A DNA stretch of 48,355 bases from Octopus bimaculoides (GCF_001194135.2 NC_068984.1:74807229-74855583), one strand, 5' to 3'; positions 1 through 14,070 are shown, numbered from the stretch's first letter. Made by a program: numbers and translations. Notes: generated by a model not told the origin, from the letters alone.

Positions 1-735
1 ATATATAAACTTATATAAACTTAAATATGTTTCGACCAATGATTGGTCCAGGCCATGTCTAACTTAATAGCACCACCAGATAGGATTATCTAAATCCTGT
101 TTAGGTCAAGATTTGTTTATATGGTCCATTCAAGTAGTGAGTTCTTGTTGAGTGAGTTGTGTCCAGGTATGGGTGGCTTATCCAGTATTCCTTGAAGAAA
201 TTTGTCCAGACTCCGTTTAAAGGTGATGGGATCCTTTTCCTTCTTGATCTCTTTCAGGACAATGTTAAACAAGGCAGGGCCTGTTGAGGAAAAGAAATTG
301 CGTCGAAGTGTACCTATATACTGTGATCCTTTATCGGGCAGGGGATGTATAGCCCGTGGTCCCAGCCTTGGATGAACCTTGAAACTAATGTTCAGGTCGT
401 TTGGGCAATGCAATGCTGGCGGCATATTCTCCACATCGTACAAATGATGTACCGCTCGCGGCGGCACTGAAGAGAGTAGAGTTTCATGCCTTCAATTCGT
501 TTAGTGAGTGTTCTCTGGGGTGATTCAATCCTCGAGGTGTTTTGTTTTGTATGGGAAGACTACAAAGGGCAGCAGTATTCAAGGTGTGGCCGTACAAAGG
601 AGGAGAAAAGTGAAATGATGACGCCTTGTTCTCTGGACCGGAAGGTTCTTAAGATCCAGGAGCTTATCCTACGAGCTATATTGACCTTATTGTTGATGTG
701 GGCACTCCAACTATAATTATTTTAAGGGAGAAAGT
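1..735 (-). mobile_element. CR1/L2-type LINE, 3' fragment (RT C-terminus and 3' tail), degenerate
   Basis: Minus-strand translation gives WSAHINNKVNIARRISSWILRTFRSRE...FVRPHLEYCCPL and ...FKRSLDKFLQGILDKPPIPGHNSLNKNSLLEW, typical CR1/L2 RT C-terminal motifs. Contains stops and frameshifts, and ends in a short tandem tail (aagtttatat). Confidence 0.85.
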
Positions 736-1047
736 CGATTCTATACTTGCAAGTGTTTTGTGTATAGATGTGCAAACTCGCTTTGTTATGGGTATGTATA
801 AGCAATCGTTCGTATATTTTTTTTACATATGTTTCGCTGAAGATAGAAGAAAATCTATTTAAGATTTTAATCTTGAACTTAGCTTATTCGCAATTGATGT
901 CGAGTCTTTTTAAATATCCTCTCACTAGCCTGCTTTCAATTGCTGGTATTTATGGAGTTTTTTCGGAAGCTTTGTAATGCTACAGTACGGAGGAGATAAG
1001 TCAAGTTTTGACTTTCTTAAAATAATTATAATATATATATATATATT

Positions 1048-1149
<102 letters not shown>

Positions 1150-2659
1150 NNNNNNNNNNNNNNNNNNNNNNNNNNNNNNNNNNNNNNNNNNNNNNNNNNN
1201 NNNNNNNNNNNNNNNNNNNNNNNNNNNNNNNNNNNNNNNNNNNNNNNNNNNNNNNNNNNNNNNNNNNNNNNNNNNNNNNNNNNNNNNNNNNNNNNNNNNN
1301 NNNNNNNNNNNNNNNNNNNNNNNNNNNNNNNNNNNNNNNNNNNNNNNNNNNNNNNNNNNNNNNNNNNNNNNNNNNNNNNNNNNNNNNNNNNNNNNNNNNN
1401 NNNNNNNNNNNNNNNNNNNNNNNNNNNNNNNNNNNNNNNNNNNNNNNNNNNNNNNNNNNNNNNNNNNNNNNNNNNNNNNNNNNNNNNNNNNNNNNNNNNN
1501 NNNNNNNNNNNNNNNNNNNNNNNNNNNNNNNNNNNNNNNNNNNNNNNNNNNNNNNNNNNNNNNNNNNNNNNNNNNNNNNNNNNNNNNNNNNNNNNNNNNN
1601 NNNNNNNNNNNNNNNNNNNNNNNNNNNNNTGTGTTTATTGAGCGAAAACACCTAAAGCTCCACGAAGCTCCGACAAAGGGGGTATGTGGGAGTGGGTGTA
1701 AGGGATGGGGTGGGATAGGATGGATAGGGAAGATGGGGCTGGATTGTGTAGGGGTGGGGTTACGGGGAGACGAGAGTGACGATGAAGGGAGAGGGGGAAG
1801 GGAGAAGGCGAGTAGGAGTGAAGAGAAGAGAGGAGAGTAGGAGTGAAGAGAAGAAGTAGGAGTCGGATCAAGAGAGGAGAGGTGGGTCGGAGGAAGTAGG
1901 TGTGAGATGGAGAGAGGAGAGGGGAGGAGATTAGATGAAGAGGGGAGTAGAGTTGATCCCATGTGGCGCAAAGGAGCGAAGAGAGAAGATTAATCTCTGT
2001 TCATGACGCAAACGGGAGTACGGATGGCCCCTGTGCAAGGTCGTGTGAGTGTGCGTGCGTGTGTAAGATACAGAGTGCTGATACAGGTCTGCTTCCCATC
2101 AACTTTCACATGGTCTTTGTTTTGTTGGATCAAGGTGCAAGAGCTGAGAAGTCTTTTTGGTCACGCCTGTATAAAGATCTGAAACTATTAAAGAGAGCAT
2201 AGCGATTGACGGCTTTGAGCAATGTAACTACACGTGGGCCGTTGGCGATTTCTTCTTCTCCTCCTTCTTTGAACTTTTCCTTTTCTCCTTTCCGACGAAG
2301 TGCTATGTTCGAAACGTCAAACTCTCTCATTTGACCGAGTTTTAGATACACTTCATATGCCTGTCCTCACGTTGAAACTGATATAATTATTGTGCCCGTT
2401 CTCAGTTGATTTTATTCTTACTTTCGTTTCTTATCCGTTTATTTGAATTCATTGTGTGTGTGTGCGCGTGAGTGTGGATGCATGTATGCAAATATATGTG
2501 TGTGTGTAGGTGTGAGTGTGTGTCTTTCTATTTGTACAATTGCCACTGTGCAGATGTGTTTGTGTGTGAGTCTATACACACATATATACATATATAAAAT
2601 ATATATATATATATATACATATATGTATGTATATGTAAATTGTGTATGTATATACATGC

Positions 2660-2694
<35 letters not shown>

Positions 2695-2991
2695 TATATG
2701 CATATATATATCAATATGTGCGTGTGTGATTATGTGAGTGTTAGTGTGATTGTGTGAGTGTTAGTGTGCGTGTGTGTATGAGTGTGCCACACAAACATGT
2801 GTTGATATTATTAAAAAATGACACCTCCAGCTGTTGAATCTAGATGATTGATTCTATACATTATCTAAATCTTTTTCTTTTTTTGTATACGTTTTCATTT
2901 TTCTAAAGTTTCCAGTTATGTATATGTTCCCGGTAGTTTTGACATATACCGTGTATGTACGTATGTATGTATGTATGTATGTACGTACAAA

Positions 2992-3053
<62 letters not shown>

Positions 3054-3067
3054 TACATAAGAAAAGA

Positions 3068-3330
3068 GCATGGCTTAGTCGTTCGGGTGTTGCATTCATA
3101 ATTGCGAGAACGTGGGTTCGATTCCCAGACCAGGCGTTGCGTTGTGTTCTTGAGCAAAGCACTGCATTTCACATTGCTCTGCGATCATTTCGACATCTGA
3201 CATGTGGCACACGGTGCACCCATACAGCTAATGTCGATCTGATGGAAGGCACGAGCTTATGTGTACACAAACATTTGATCACAAATCATCTCTGGTGGTT
3301 GTTTGGCAATTTCTAATGACGGGAGAGTCC
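3068..3330 (+). mobile_element. tRNA-derived SINE
   Basis: A-box-like tggcttagtcgtt, B-box ggttcgattccc, then tgttcttgagcaaagcact core; flanked by (CA)n and (TA)n. Confidence 0.7.
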
Positions 3331-3331
3331 A

Positions 3332-3386
<55 letters not shown>

Positions 3387-4139
3387 CATGCATGTGTGTC
3401 CATACATGTGTGTGTGTAATATATATACATTCTTCTTCTTCACCGCCTCCTTCCTTAGCTACTACTGCTTAAACGATCAAAACTAAGAACTTACAGCCCC
3501 CAAATCAAATATTCGTTTAGGACTGCTACAGCCTACTACCTACTACCAAGCCTTCACAAGAGTACAACAGAGAAGGAGAGATAAAAAAATGGAAAATGTC
3601 CCTATGAAAATATTAAAAAAAAACATTTCATTTAATTTTTCCACAACTTAGTTGTTTTTCATGCTTTACTCTAAGTTGAAAAAGTCGCAAAGACTGAAAC
3701 CGGTACTAAAAAGTTTTTCATGATAAAATTATTTTAGTATTTTCTACCTTGTCTTATTTTCCTTTGATATATATATATATATATATATATATAAAGATAT
3801 TATTATTAATAATTAATAATAATAATATAAGTGGCTAGCAAGCATAAAATAACCATAAATGTAAAATTATTGATTTATAATCAGGGTACAAGATTGTACC
3901 AACATTACTAGAAATAAGAGTCAAAACAACTCAAAAACCACAATTATCACTTATACACATTGGTGAATTAGAGGAAGGGAGTAAATAGAAAAGCCAACTT
4001 ACCAATAGTGAGTAAAGATCGCAAATGAATTGCAGATGTACGTGATTTCGAACCCTGTAATAAACATTTATTTTTCATCAGTGACTATTACTGCCGAGAG
4101 GTAAAGATACTCGCGTCACCATATGTATATTTAATTCTA

Positions 4140-4360
4140 TATTTCCCACAAGGGGCTAAATATAGAGGGGACAAACAAGGACAGACAAAGGGACTAAGTC
4201 GATCACATCGATCCCAGTGCGTAACTGTTACTTATTTAATCGACCCCGAAAGGATGAAAGGCAAAATCCACCTCGGTGGAATTTGAACTCAGAACGTAGT
4301 GGCAGACGAAAAACCACTAAGCATTTCGCCTGGAGTGCTAACGATTCTGCCAGCTCGCCA
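4140..4360 (-). mobile_element. tRNA-derived SINE (family with atcgaccccgaaaggatgaaaggcaaa core)
   Basis: Shares core and tRNA-like head (ggcgagctggcagaatcgttagca...gttctgagttcaaattcc) with copies at 8008-8220, 28445-28650 and 46612-46755. Confidence 0.75.
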
Positions 4361-4712
4361 TATGTATATTGACCATTTGAATGCAGCCATAAATTCAATT
4401 ATCTTTAACCCTCGACAGTAATACTCACTAATAAGAACTAAGTGTTTATCACAGGGTTCAAAATCACGTGATATAAGTACAACTGCAATTCATTTGCGAT
4501 TTTTACTCGCTATTAGTAAGTTGGCTTTTCTATTTACACTTTTCCTCGAATTCACCAGTGTGTATAAGTGATAACTGTGGTTTCTGAGTCGTTTTGACTC
4601 TTATTTCTAGCAATGCTGGTACTATGTTGTACCCTGATTATAAATTAATATAACGTATATATATATATGTTATATGTAATATATGCACATATATTATATG
4701 TGTATTATATAC

Positions 4713-5112
4713 GGCGCAGGAGTGGCTGTGTGGTAAGTAGCTTGCTTACCAACCACATGGTTCTGGGTTCATTCCCACTGCGTGGCACCTTGAACAAGTG
4801 TCTTCTACTATAGCCTCGGGCCGACCAAAGGTTTGTGAGTAGATTTGGTAGACGGAAACTGAAAAGCAGCCCGTCGTATATATGTATATATATATATATA
4901 TGTGTGTGTGTATATATGTATGTATCTGTGTTTGTCCCCCCAACATTGCTTGACAACCGATGGTGGTGTGTTTACATCCCCGTAACTTAGTGGTTCGGCA
5001 AAACCGACCGATAGAATAAGTACTAGGCTTCCAAAGAATAAGTCCTGGGGTCGATTTTCTCGACTCAAGGTGGTGCTCCAGCATGGCCGCAGTCAAAAGA
5101 GTAAAAGAGCAT
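4713..5112 (+). mobile_element. Octopus-type (OK-like) tRNA-derived SINE with internal (TA)n/(TG)n microsatellite
   Basis: Head ggcgcaggagtggctgtgtggtaag...gggttcattcccactgcgtggcacc, tail gtcctggggtcgatt...ctccagcatggccgcagtc. Homologous copies at 9090-9478, 38670-39025 and 43140-43493. Confidence 0.8.
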
Positions 5113-5115
5113 AAA

Positions 5116-5163
<48 letters not shown>

Positions 5164-5294
5164 CATGTATGTTATATATATATATTATATATACATATAT
5201 GTACATATATATTATATATATTATACATATACCTATATGCATATATAATTGATATATATATATATATGATATATGTATGTATATAATATATAGA

Positions 5295-5580
5295 GTGACC
5301 ATGAGATTGCACCTTGAAAGTTCCCCTCCAAAACAAAAGTCCGCGCAACGTTGTTTATGTAAGACCAGCAGTCGCCCATGCAAACCAGCCCCCTCCCCAA
5401 CCTTCTCCACGCCACCGATGTTATCCAAGGGAAAAGCAAAGGCTGATACAGCTTGGCATCAGTGACGTCGTAACTCATTTCTACGGCTGAGGGAACCGAA
5501 ACAACGCGAAATAATGTGCCTTGCTCAAGAGCACAGCACAGAGCCCGGCCCGGGAATCGAACTCACTACCTAATGATTAA
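5295..5580 (-). mobile_element. tRNA-derived SINE
   Basis: Minus strand has B-box gagttcgattcccgg and the tgtgctcttgagcaaggcac core, similar to the 3068 and 6200 elements. Confidence 0.6.
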
Positions 5581-6109
5581 TGCATATATAACTCGCACCA
5601 ATATGTGAACGCTACCTGCTCAAATTCATCCCTGACGAAGGAAGCCGGTATTACGGGAATGTTTATATGCAACCATCTACTGATTGCATATCTTCGAATG
5701 TGTTCACACTCCATCAACTAATTATAAAATATACAACTATTACTTAATTTCAAACTCCAGAAACAGCTGTCAGACTTAAAATACCATGCATTCTCCTCTT
5801 AGTTTTCTGTATTTTTTTAGTATTTCATGTAAATTAATTTTGCAAATATAGAAATATCTTTAGGCTTATACATGAGTGTCCATCTGAATATTTTCAGTTT
5901 TTACTTCTTTCTCTATATACTCTTATATATATCTGCATGTGTATATGTATGTATGTATGTATGTATGTATATTTCATAAATCGAGTCCAGTCCACTTCTA
6001 CCTGGATTTCTCTTATCGCTAATGTTTACCTTGCAGACTTGGTCCTAATGAAGACTTTGGACTGTGTGGGACTCAGAGATGCAACAGCAGGGGAAAGAAA
6101 GAGACAGAC

Positions 6110-6169
<60 letters not shown>

Positions 6170-6199
6170 CGAAAGAGAACGAGTGAGAGAGACAGAGAC

Positions 6200-6372
6200 A
6201 GACAGACAGTGAGGCTGCATCAGCTCCCGACTGGTACTCATTACATTTGTGTAGACTGGAATAAAGTAAAATCACGTACTCTGCTCAAGGACACAAACAC
6301 AACGTGCCGCCCGGTCCAGAGATTGAACTCACAATTTTATAATCGTGAGCTAAACACTCTAACCACTAGGCC
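6200..6372 (-). mobile_element. tRNA-derived SINE fragment
   Basis: Minus strand tggcctagtggttagagtg (A box), gagttcaatctc (B box) and gtgtccttgagcaga core. Confidence 0.65.
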
Positions 6373-7141
6373 AGATAAATCGACTCACACGACTTCTGTA
6401 TTGCTCATACAACATTAAATAGAACTCTAAATTCTATAAGAAGTGATTATAAGGTCGGTAGCACCAAAATCCGATACTTTCCCAACAGAGACGCCGTCAA
6501 CTGTAATTCAGTTCAGAGAAATTGTTTCCTAGACTGTAAAAGTTTATGTCTCTGACAACAGTATAAATTTTGGAGTTAACACGCATGTAGACTCTGCATT
6601 CAATTAGAACAAGCTGATCAAGTTGCTTAATAAAATCGATCATGCAACAATACAATTAGGAACAAAACAGTGTAGACATTTGTAAGATTAAAATAGGTGA
6701 ACAAATTTGATATATCCAAAAGAAAGTGTTAATCAGACTATGAGGATACTAAAGAGTGAACTTATCTTAGATTATGACATGAACCAGTAAAACACCCCAG
6801 CAGCCCCTACAATAAGATTTAGCTTCAATATAAGAGAACTAACAAAATATACAAGTATGTCAGCAAAATATGGCGCAGAAGAAACCTGCAACAGTTGATG
6901 GTTTTAGCGTGGTTTAAGCTGAACCGGATATATTTATCTGTAATATAAGCACCTTGCTGAGACTTTCAAACTATACGATGAATAAAACTGAAAGAGTCAG
7001 AGTTGACTAAATTCAACAGGTTGGCACCCTGCAACCTTGTTGAGTTCATTGTAAGAACAGAGACGCACTTATCTCCCTTAACAAACCGATTTGAGACGAA
7101 TATAAACAAACAAGAGAGTATAGAATGCATATTATCTAGAA

Positions 7142-7304
7142 CAGTGTTCGGCAACCGGCATGCCGCAGTACACTGGTGCGCTGCAGTGTAACCTGAATAT
7201 AATTTTTTCCCTATACTTTTAGTTATATTTTTAGTTCAGGTGTGCCGCCGAATTTTGAAAAGAATATGAGTGTATCGCAAGTGCAAAAAGGTTGCAGAGC
7301 ACTG
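7142..7304. mobile_element. hAT-type MITE
   Basis: Imperfect TIRs CAGTGTTCGGCAACC / GGTTGCAGAGCACTG; degenerate 8-bp TSD atctagaa / atctacta (6/8 match). Confidence 0.7.
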
Positions 7305-8007
7305 ATCTACTAAACAGTAAGATTACACTGTGCTAAATAATAACAGACACGGCTGCTGTTATCGTGCTGAACAATAGGCCAATCAAATGTTATATTTTGG
7401 AGACTTCCATGCCCTAACAGACGTTGTAAACCACTAAACTACATTATTTCAGAAATGCTGAACATAAAATTGAGGACCTGTCAAAGTTTGTGAAGAACAG
7501 AAATTCTTGTTGTGAAATACTTGTCGGTTGCAGCCGATTGAAGAAGAAAGACATAAAAGTAATTTAAATTACCCCAAGAGGTTCTTAAAGATTATCACAG
7601 AGCTCAGCTTTCATTGTTTGAAGAAATGATAAATACCTTTCAGAATATAGTTAAATTTGCCAGAAAATCTTTCAGAATACAGTTAAATTTGCCAGAAAAT
7701 CTTGTTCTTTTACTCTACAGCTACAGGAATTGAGGCAATATTGAACAAAGCGTGTTTAATTCAAATATACAACGGAACTCATGTAATAAATTTCAACCCC
7801 AAATCTATCTATTCTTCGCAGACCTGTATCTAATAAGTTCAGGATAAAATATAGTTAGTTTTCTATTGCCAGGTTCTAACGTTCACAGGTGTTTACAGAA
7901 GGTAAATAAAACTGGCCACCTTCATCCAGTGATCCTTTCCTTTAACCATTACATGATGACAAAAAAATCTCAGTAGTGACCCAACAATCCAATCAAAGTC
8001 TTATTGG

Positions 8008-8220
8008 GTAAGGCGACGAGCTGGCAGTATCGTCAGCAAGCTGGACGAAATGCTTAACGGCATTTCGCCCGTCGCTACGTTGTGAGTTTAAATTCCGCCG
8101 AGGTCGACTTTGTCTATCATCCTTTCAGGGTCAATAAATTAAATACCAGTTTAGTACTGGGGTCGATGTAATCGACTGCCCCTTCCCTTAAATTTCAGGC
8201 CTGCCTTGTGCCTAGAATAG
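8008..8220 (+). mobile_element. tRNA-derived SINE (same family as 4140-4360)
   Basis: ggcgacgagctggcagtatcgtcagc...gagtttaaattccgccgaggtcgactttg...tactggggtcgatgtaatcgac. Confidence 0.75.
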
Positions 8221-8899
8221 AAAAGATTGTTAGTGGGTACCATCACTGCACCGAATACTGGGTCTTTTAATTCATTTGTATCGCATTCTTGGCAATAAAT
8301 TCTGTTCGTTAAGTTTACTATCACTTGCAGATCTTTTTTTTTTAGTGAAGCTTATATCTTAAAAACCGTGATGAGGTTTAAGACAATACTGCAACAAAGT
8401 GGCGTGAATCGTATAACTAATCATTAAGGATGACGGAATGATGTATATATTGTCTAGAAAATTAATTTCACTTGGAGAGGATATGAAACAACAGCTTTCG
8501 TGCTGGATAAAGCAAAAGCTATATTTTATTCTTCTTGCCACCACATTCACCCAGACAGTCGCCACTATCATTACCTGCATTATCAAGATTGATTCAGTCT
8601 ATATTATAGTCTGACTGGATATGGATTAGAAACAACTTAAGAGGAGGATATATATACACATTCGGTCACATACATGTTTATAGGTACGCATGTATGTAAG
8701 AGTGTTATGTATGCATCCTTAATGAGACATACAGATATGACATACATCTTTGTCGAGATTTACGTAGATAAAAAGATAAATTGCTACACAGGTAGACCTA
8801 CATACATACATACATACACACACATACACACACAAACACATAAACACAGACCGACTGAAAGACAGAGAGACAGACAGACACAGACAGACACATAGACAA

Positions 8900-8939
<40 letters not shown>

Positions 8940-9089
8940 NNNNNNNNNNNNNNNNNNNNNNNNNNNNNNNNNNNNNNNNNNNNNNNNNNNNNNNNNNNNN
9001 NNNNNNNNNNNNNNNNNNNNNNNNNNNNNNNNNNNNNNNATATATATATATATATATATTTATATATGTATGTATGTATATATATATAT

Positions 9090-9282
9090 TCCTTTATTCT
9101 TTTGCTTGTTTCAGTTATTTGAAAGCGGCCGTGCTGGAGCATCGCCTTTAGTCGAACAAATCGCCCCCAGGACTTATCCTTTGTAAGCCTAGTACTTATT
9201 CTATCAGTATCTTTTGCCGAACCGCTAAGTTACCGAGACGTAAACACACCAACATCAGTTGTCCAGAGATGGTGGCGAAAAT

Positions 9283-9318
<36 letters not shown>

Positions 9319-9478
9319 ATATGCAAGACGGCCTTTTTTCAGTTTTCATCTACGAAATCCTCTCACAAGGCTTTGGTCGACCCGAGGCTATAGTAGAAGA
9401 CACTTGACTAAGGTGCCACGCAATGAAACTGAACCCGGAACCATGCGATTGGGAAGCAAGCTTCTTACCACACAGCCA
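9090..9478 (-). mobile_element. OK-like SINE with internal (CA)n
   Basis: Reverse-complement homolog of 4713-5112. Confidence 0.8.
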
Positions 9479-10716
9479 TATATATATATATATTTGTTTT
9501 CGTGGATAATTATGTGTAAAAATAGGCAACATAAATTAGAGGAATGCTAAATAGTTTTCACGAGAATATCATATGCATAATATTTTTACAAAGAAAAGGT
9601 TCACAGACACTTCGAAGCCTTTGCTTAATTATCTTTGTCAGTTTATTTGATGAAATTTCCAATTGATTTTCAAATTTTCCATTTGAAAATATATTCAAAG
9701 ACTGAATAAAGACTGAATAAAGACAATTTATCAACAAGTATAAACCACCTCCACCTTTTGTATGTAAACATTTCATTTGTATAGCTCTCTAATCTTTTTT
9801 CAACTATACCATACCAAAATACATCAAAACGGAAACGGATATATAACTCTTACATATATATATATATATGTACATATATATATATATATGTATATATATA
9901 CGTATGTATGTATAAATATNNNNNNNNNNNNNNNNNNNNNNNNNNNNNNNNNNNNNNNNNNNNNNNNNNNNNNNNNNNNNNNNNNNNNNNNNNNNNNNNN
10001 NNNNNNNNNNNNNNNNNNNNNNNNNNNNNNNNNNNNNNNNNNNNNNNNNNNNNNNNNNNNNNNNNNNNNNNNNNNNNNNNNNNNNNNNNNNNNNNNNNNN
10101 NNNNNNNNNNNNNNNNNNNNNNNNNNNNNNNNNNNNNNNNNNNNNNNNNNNNNNNNNNNNNNNNNNNNNNNNNNNNNNNNNNNNNNNNNNNNNNNNNNNN
10201 NNNNNNNNNNNNNNNNNNNNNNNNNNNNNNNNNNNNNNNNNNNNNNNNNNNNNNNNNNNNNNNNNNNNNNNNNNNNNNNNNNNNNNNNNNNNNNNNNNNN
10301 NNNNNNNNNNNNNNNNNNNNNNNNNNNNNNNNNNNNNNNNNNNNNNNNNNNNNNNNNNNNNNNNNNNNNNNNNNNNNNNNNNNNNNNNNNNNNNNNNNNN
10401 NNNNNNNNNNNNNNNNNNNNNNNNNNNNNNNNNNNNNNNNNNNNNNNNNNNNNNNNNNNNNNNNNNNNNNNNNNNNNNNNNNNNNNNNNNNNNNNNNNNN
10501 NNNNNNNNNNNNNNNNNNNNNNNNNNNNNNNNNNNNNNNNNNNNNNNNNNNNNNNNNNNNNNNNNNNNNNNNNNNNNNNNNNNNNNNNNNNNNNNNNNNN
10601 NNNNNNNNNNNNNNNNNNNNNNNNNNNNNNNNNNNNNNNNNNNNNNNNNNNNNNNNNNNNNNNNNNNNNNNNNNNNNNNNNNNNNNNNNNNNNNNNNNNN
10701 NNNNNNNNNNNNNNNN

Positions 10717-10754
<38 letters not shown>

Positions 10755-13192
10755 CACACACATATATATGTTATCGTCCAATCATAAGTTGTGACTCCTG
10801 TTTCTCTTTTCCATCCTTCTGTGTGAGAGCATGATCATGCAATTTCGGAAGATATTAAATAGTATAAGAGCCTACACACGGTCTTACCCGAATCCTTCCT
10901 TAAGACAAAAAGGCCATAAAACCTTATGCCATCATCATTGCATAGAATTAAAGGAGTAGTGTCACAAATTTATACAAGCAACCATTCTTGCTGAGAGCAA
11001 TTTATGGACGTTCCTAGCTCTCAATTTTAAAACCTTTGAATTATCTAAAAATATGAAGATGAGACCCTGATATCCTCACTGCAGTTATCTGGAAATTGCT
11101 AAAACACACACACACACACACAAATACACACACACAAGAATACACACGCACACGCATACACTGTCCATACACGCACACACTCACTCTCTCCCCTACACAC
11201 ACACATATTAAGTTAAAGGATAGTGGATGATCTTTATAAGTCTCACGTCCACCTCTGCTGTTAGCATAACGCCCATTGCTGTATCAAATACGAACGTCTA
11301 TGTATTCGCTCTCTGACTCTCACCCTCCCTATGTATACATATATAGATAGAAAAATACACACATACATACATATACATATACGTAGTCATACATTTATAC
11401 ATATATATGTACATAGACACTGATTGATACCTTACAAAAGATTGCCTTAAACATATAATCCAAAGCCTCCCTCAGAGCAAAAACACTCCGAAACTTCATC
11501 CTTATTCACCTCCCCTCTGTACACAAATTAAATTGCAAAATATCAAACACAAGGTTAACTATATTGACCTAAATATTATGAAAAATCGCTTAGAATTATG
11601 GACTGCGCTTTTTCCTTTCGTGATAAATAATAAAAAGATAACAGTATAGCAGATGACAAATCGCTGAGATTAACTATAATTACCTTCTAACACGTTAAAA
11701 TACACCTTATCGTCATTACCATCATAGTCTTTATCGAAAGGATTTCCTGAGGGATCTGAAGAGATTGCAGAGAATAGTTTTGCTTCTTACAATGTAAACT
11801 GATGCATAATATATTTTAAAGGGAACTAATATCAGTATTGAAGGCGTATGATTTAAACAGGTATTAGCGCTAAACTAACAATTGTCAGCTTCTTACATAT
11901 GATACTAGATTTAAATACAAGCAAACACTACTCCTACATACAGTGAAACACATTGTTTATCCACAAAAAATCCCGGCACATTCCTGTCCTTATAGAAATT
12001 TTGCAGTCGGATTATATATGGAGACTATATCTTTGAACTGGAAATGTTTTACAGCGTTACCCAGAGAAAACTTAAGTGCGAAGTTAGTGTGAAGATTAGT
12101 GCGAACTTAAGTGTGAAGATTAGTGTGAATGCGAGAGAAGAATGCGGAAAAGTTAGTCTGGTGCTATTCACCCCATAACTTGGGTGTTTCTTCGGGAATA
12201 CCCACAAATTTCTTAACTCTTGTGGAAAAACACTTCCAACCAAAGCACAAATATTGGCTTTTCAACTCTCATAAAGTTAATATCAGTTATTCCTAACTTA
12301 ATATCAGTTCTCTGATCTCATGCCTACGCATTCTCATTTCAAAAGCCAAATCACCTATCAAAATTCTCTTATCAAATATGAGTTATTAAGGCAGTAATGT
12401 ATCGAGCCTCTATATTAGACGTGACAACTTGCGGAAAACTTTCTAAATTTTTGCGTCAGGTAAAGGGCCATGGAAAATATTTTACAGTTCTGCAACTGTT
12501 TTCCTGCTAACCAAGGTACAAAGGATCTACATAGCCTCTGAAAGAATAATGTATTGTCGATAAAGTCACTCTATTCGTAACTAATATATAACAGTACGTA
12601 CTCAGCGTAACTGAGATGTTCTAGATAATAAAGCAATTAATTATATTGTAATTCTTTTAATTTTTATCTTGAAGCTGTCTTGTAAGTAGGTGTTCTTAAT
12701 GCATAGACATCCAGTTTATGACTAAACAAAAATTTATGTATGAATATATTCAATAGAACAATTGATCGCGCGTAAACAGCAGGTGCTGAAGTGAGAAGTA
12801 TATTATACAAGTACCACAATCTCATTTTCGATCAGCAGATAACACATAGTGGCCAAGAAGATAAATGTAGTTTTACTGCATCAATAAAATTATCTTCAAA
12901 TATATGAGTGAAATATTTCTAGCATTTCTACTACAACCGATCACTGTACCCATACACTGCCATTTCTTTCCGATTCAATCTGATAAATTACTACAATGAC
13001 CTTGTTCGTCTGAACTAGCAAGTAATAATTTTCTAATTTCTGCTCAACTCTGATTTATCTACATCTCTGCCGCTCATCAATTTTACTATTTTCTCCTTGG
13101 AAAACACTGCAATTGATAAATATTAAACCAATCCATGGTACCGTGAACTAAGAAACTCTGAAAATACTTCTTCGTGTACATTTTCCATGCAG

Positions 13193-13264
13193 AGCATAGC
13201 ATCGGTTTGCAGTGGATCAAACAGAATTCCAATTATACTGACGTCAGAACTGTGGGAATCCATG
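13193..13264 (+). CDS. Candidate internal coding exon (72 nt, phase 1-1), possibly a unique upstream exon of the micro-exon gene: (E)HSIGLQWIKQNSNYTDVRTVGIH
   Basis: Acceptor ttttccatgcag, donor G|gtaaga, length divisible by 3, open in phase 1. Starts AG-CAT-AG like the repeat exons (AG-CGT-AGT / AA-CAT-AGT). Confidence 0.45.
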
Positions 13265-13959
13265 GTAAGACTATTAACTTTGCCTCCTCTTTTCAGACCA
13301 AATAGTAACACAAAACAGATAACAATATAGCAGATGACATGGCATTAAGAAACTTAACCGTACCTACTACTCTTGTGTCATCACATCAGATATAACAATG
13401 CTTAGACTGTAGAGGCACCATTTGAAAATATAGTCCACGGTCTGTGAATCTAAGACAAACTAGAGATAGAGAACTATTTAACTCAAGAAGCAACGCTCAT
13501 GCCATGATTTAAGCACTTACACTGACCACAAGGAACTAACAGGACACTTTTTCTTAAAGAGCTATTACTCTTTACAACTGTTAGCTTTAAGCTCTAATGT
13601 GACACCTGGTTATTGCTAAGTGAAGCAGAACAGTTGAGAATAAAGTACTCTAACCTACGAAACTATGGCGTTACATAGCATGTTGTTGAGCATAAGATCT
13701 GTCGAATATTCAATCGACAGCACGACACGCTCTCGAATCGATTGACACCGGTGGTTTAGATAAAAATATAGGTGAGAGGTAAGGAAATATGAAAATTATA
13801 ATAAACGTACCGTAAAGGGATTGTGTGAGTCCAGTAATCAGGAGAATTTGGTAAAGTATCAGTAAATACATTTTGTTGCGATTAGCAAGAATGTTACTGT
13901 AGAAGAAAGAAGGAAAATCATTATAAGTATATATAAAATGCATGTACACACACGCACGC

Positions 13960-14019
<60 letters not shown>

Positions 14020-14070
14020 NNNNNNNNNNNNNNNNNNNNNNNNNNNNNNNNNNNNNNNNNNNNNNNNNNN

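Noticed and set aside
5625-5775. Possible hammerhead (CTGACGA ... GAAACAGCTGTC)
   Set aside because: The halves are ~120 nt apart with no convincing helix II or helix I pairing.
7872-7900. 29-nt AG...GT segment resembling an exon
   Set aside because: Not a multiple of 3, no similarity to the array, and no independent support.
10828-10862. Possible extra micro-exon (E)HDHAISEDIK*
   Set aside because: Weak acceptor (gtgtgag), no GT donor after GAAG, in-frame stop, and none of the paralogous flanks.
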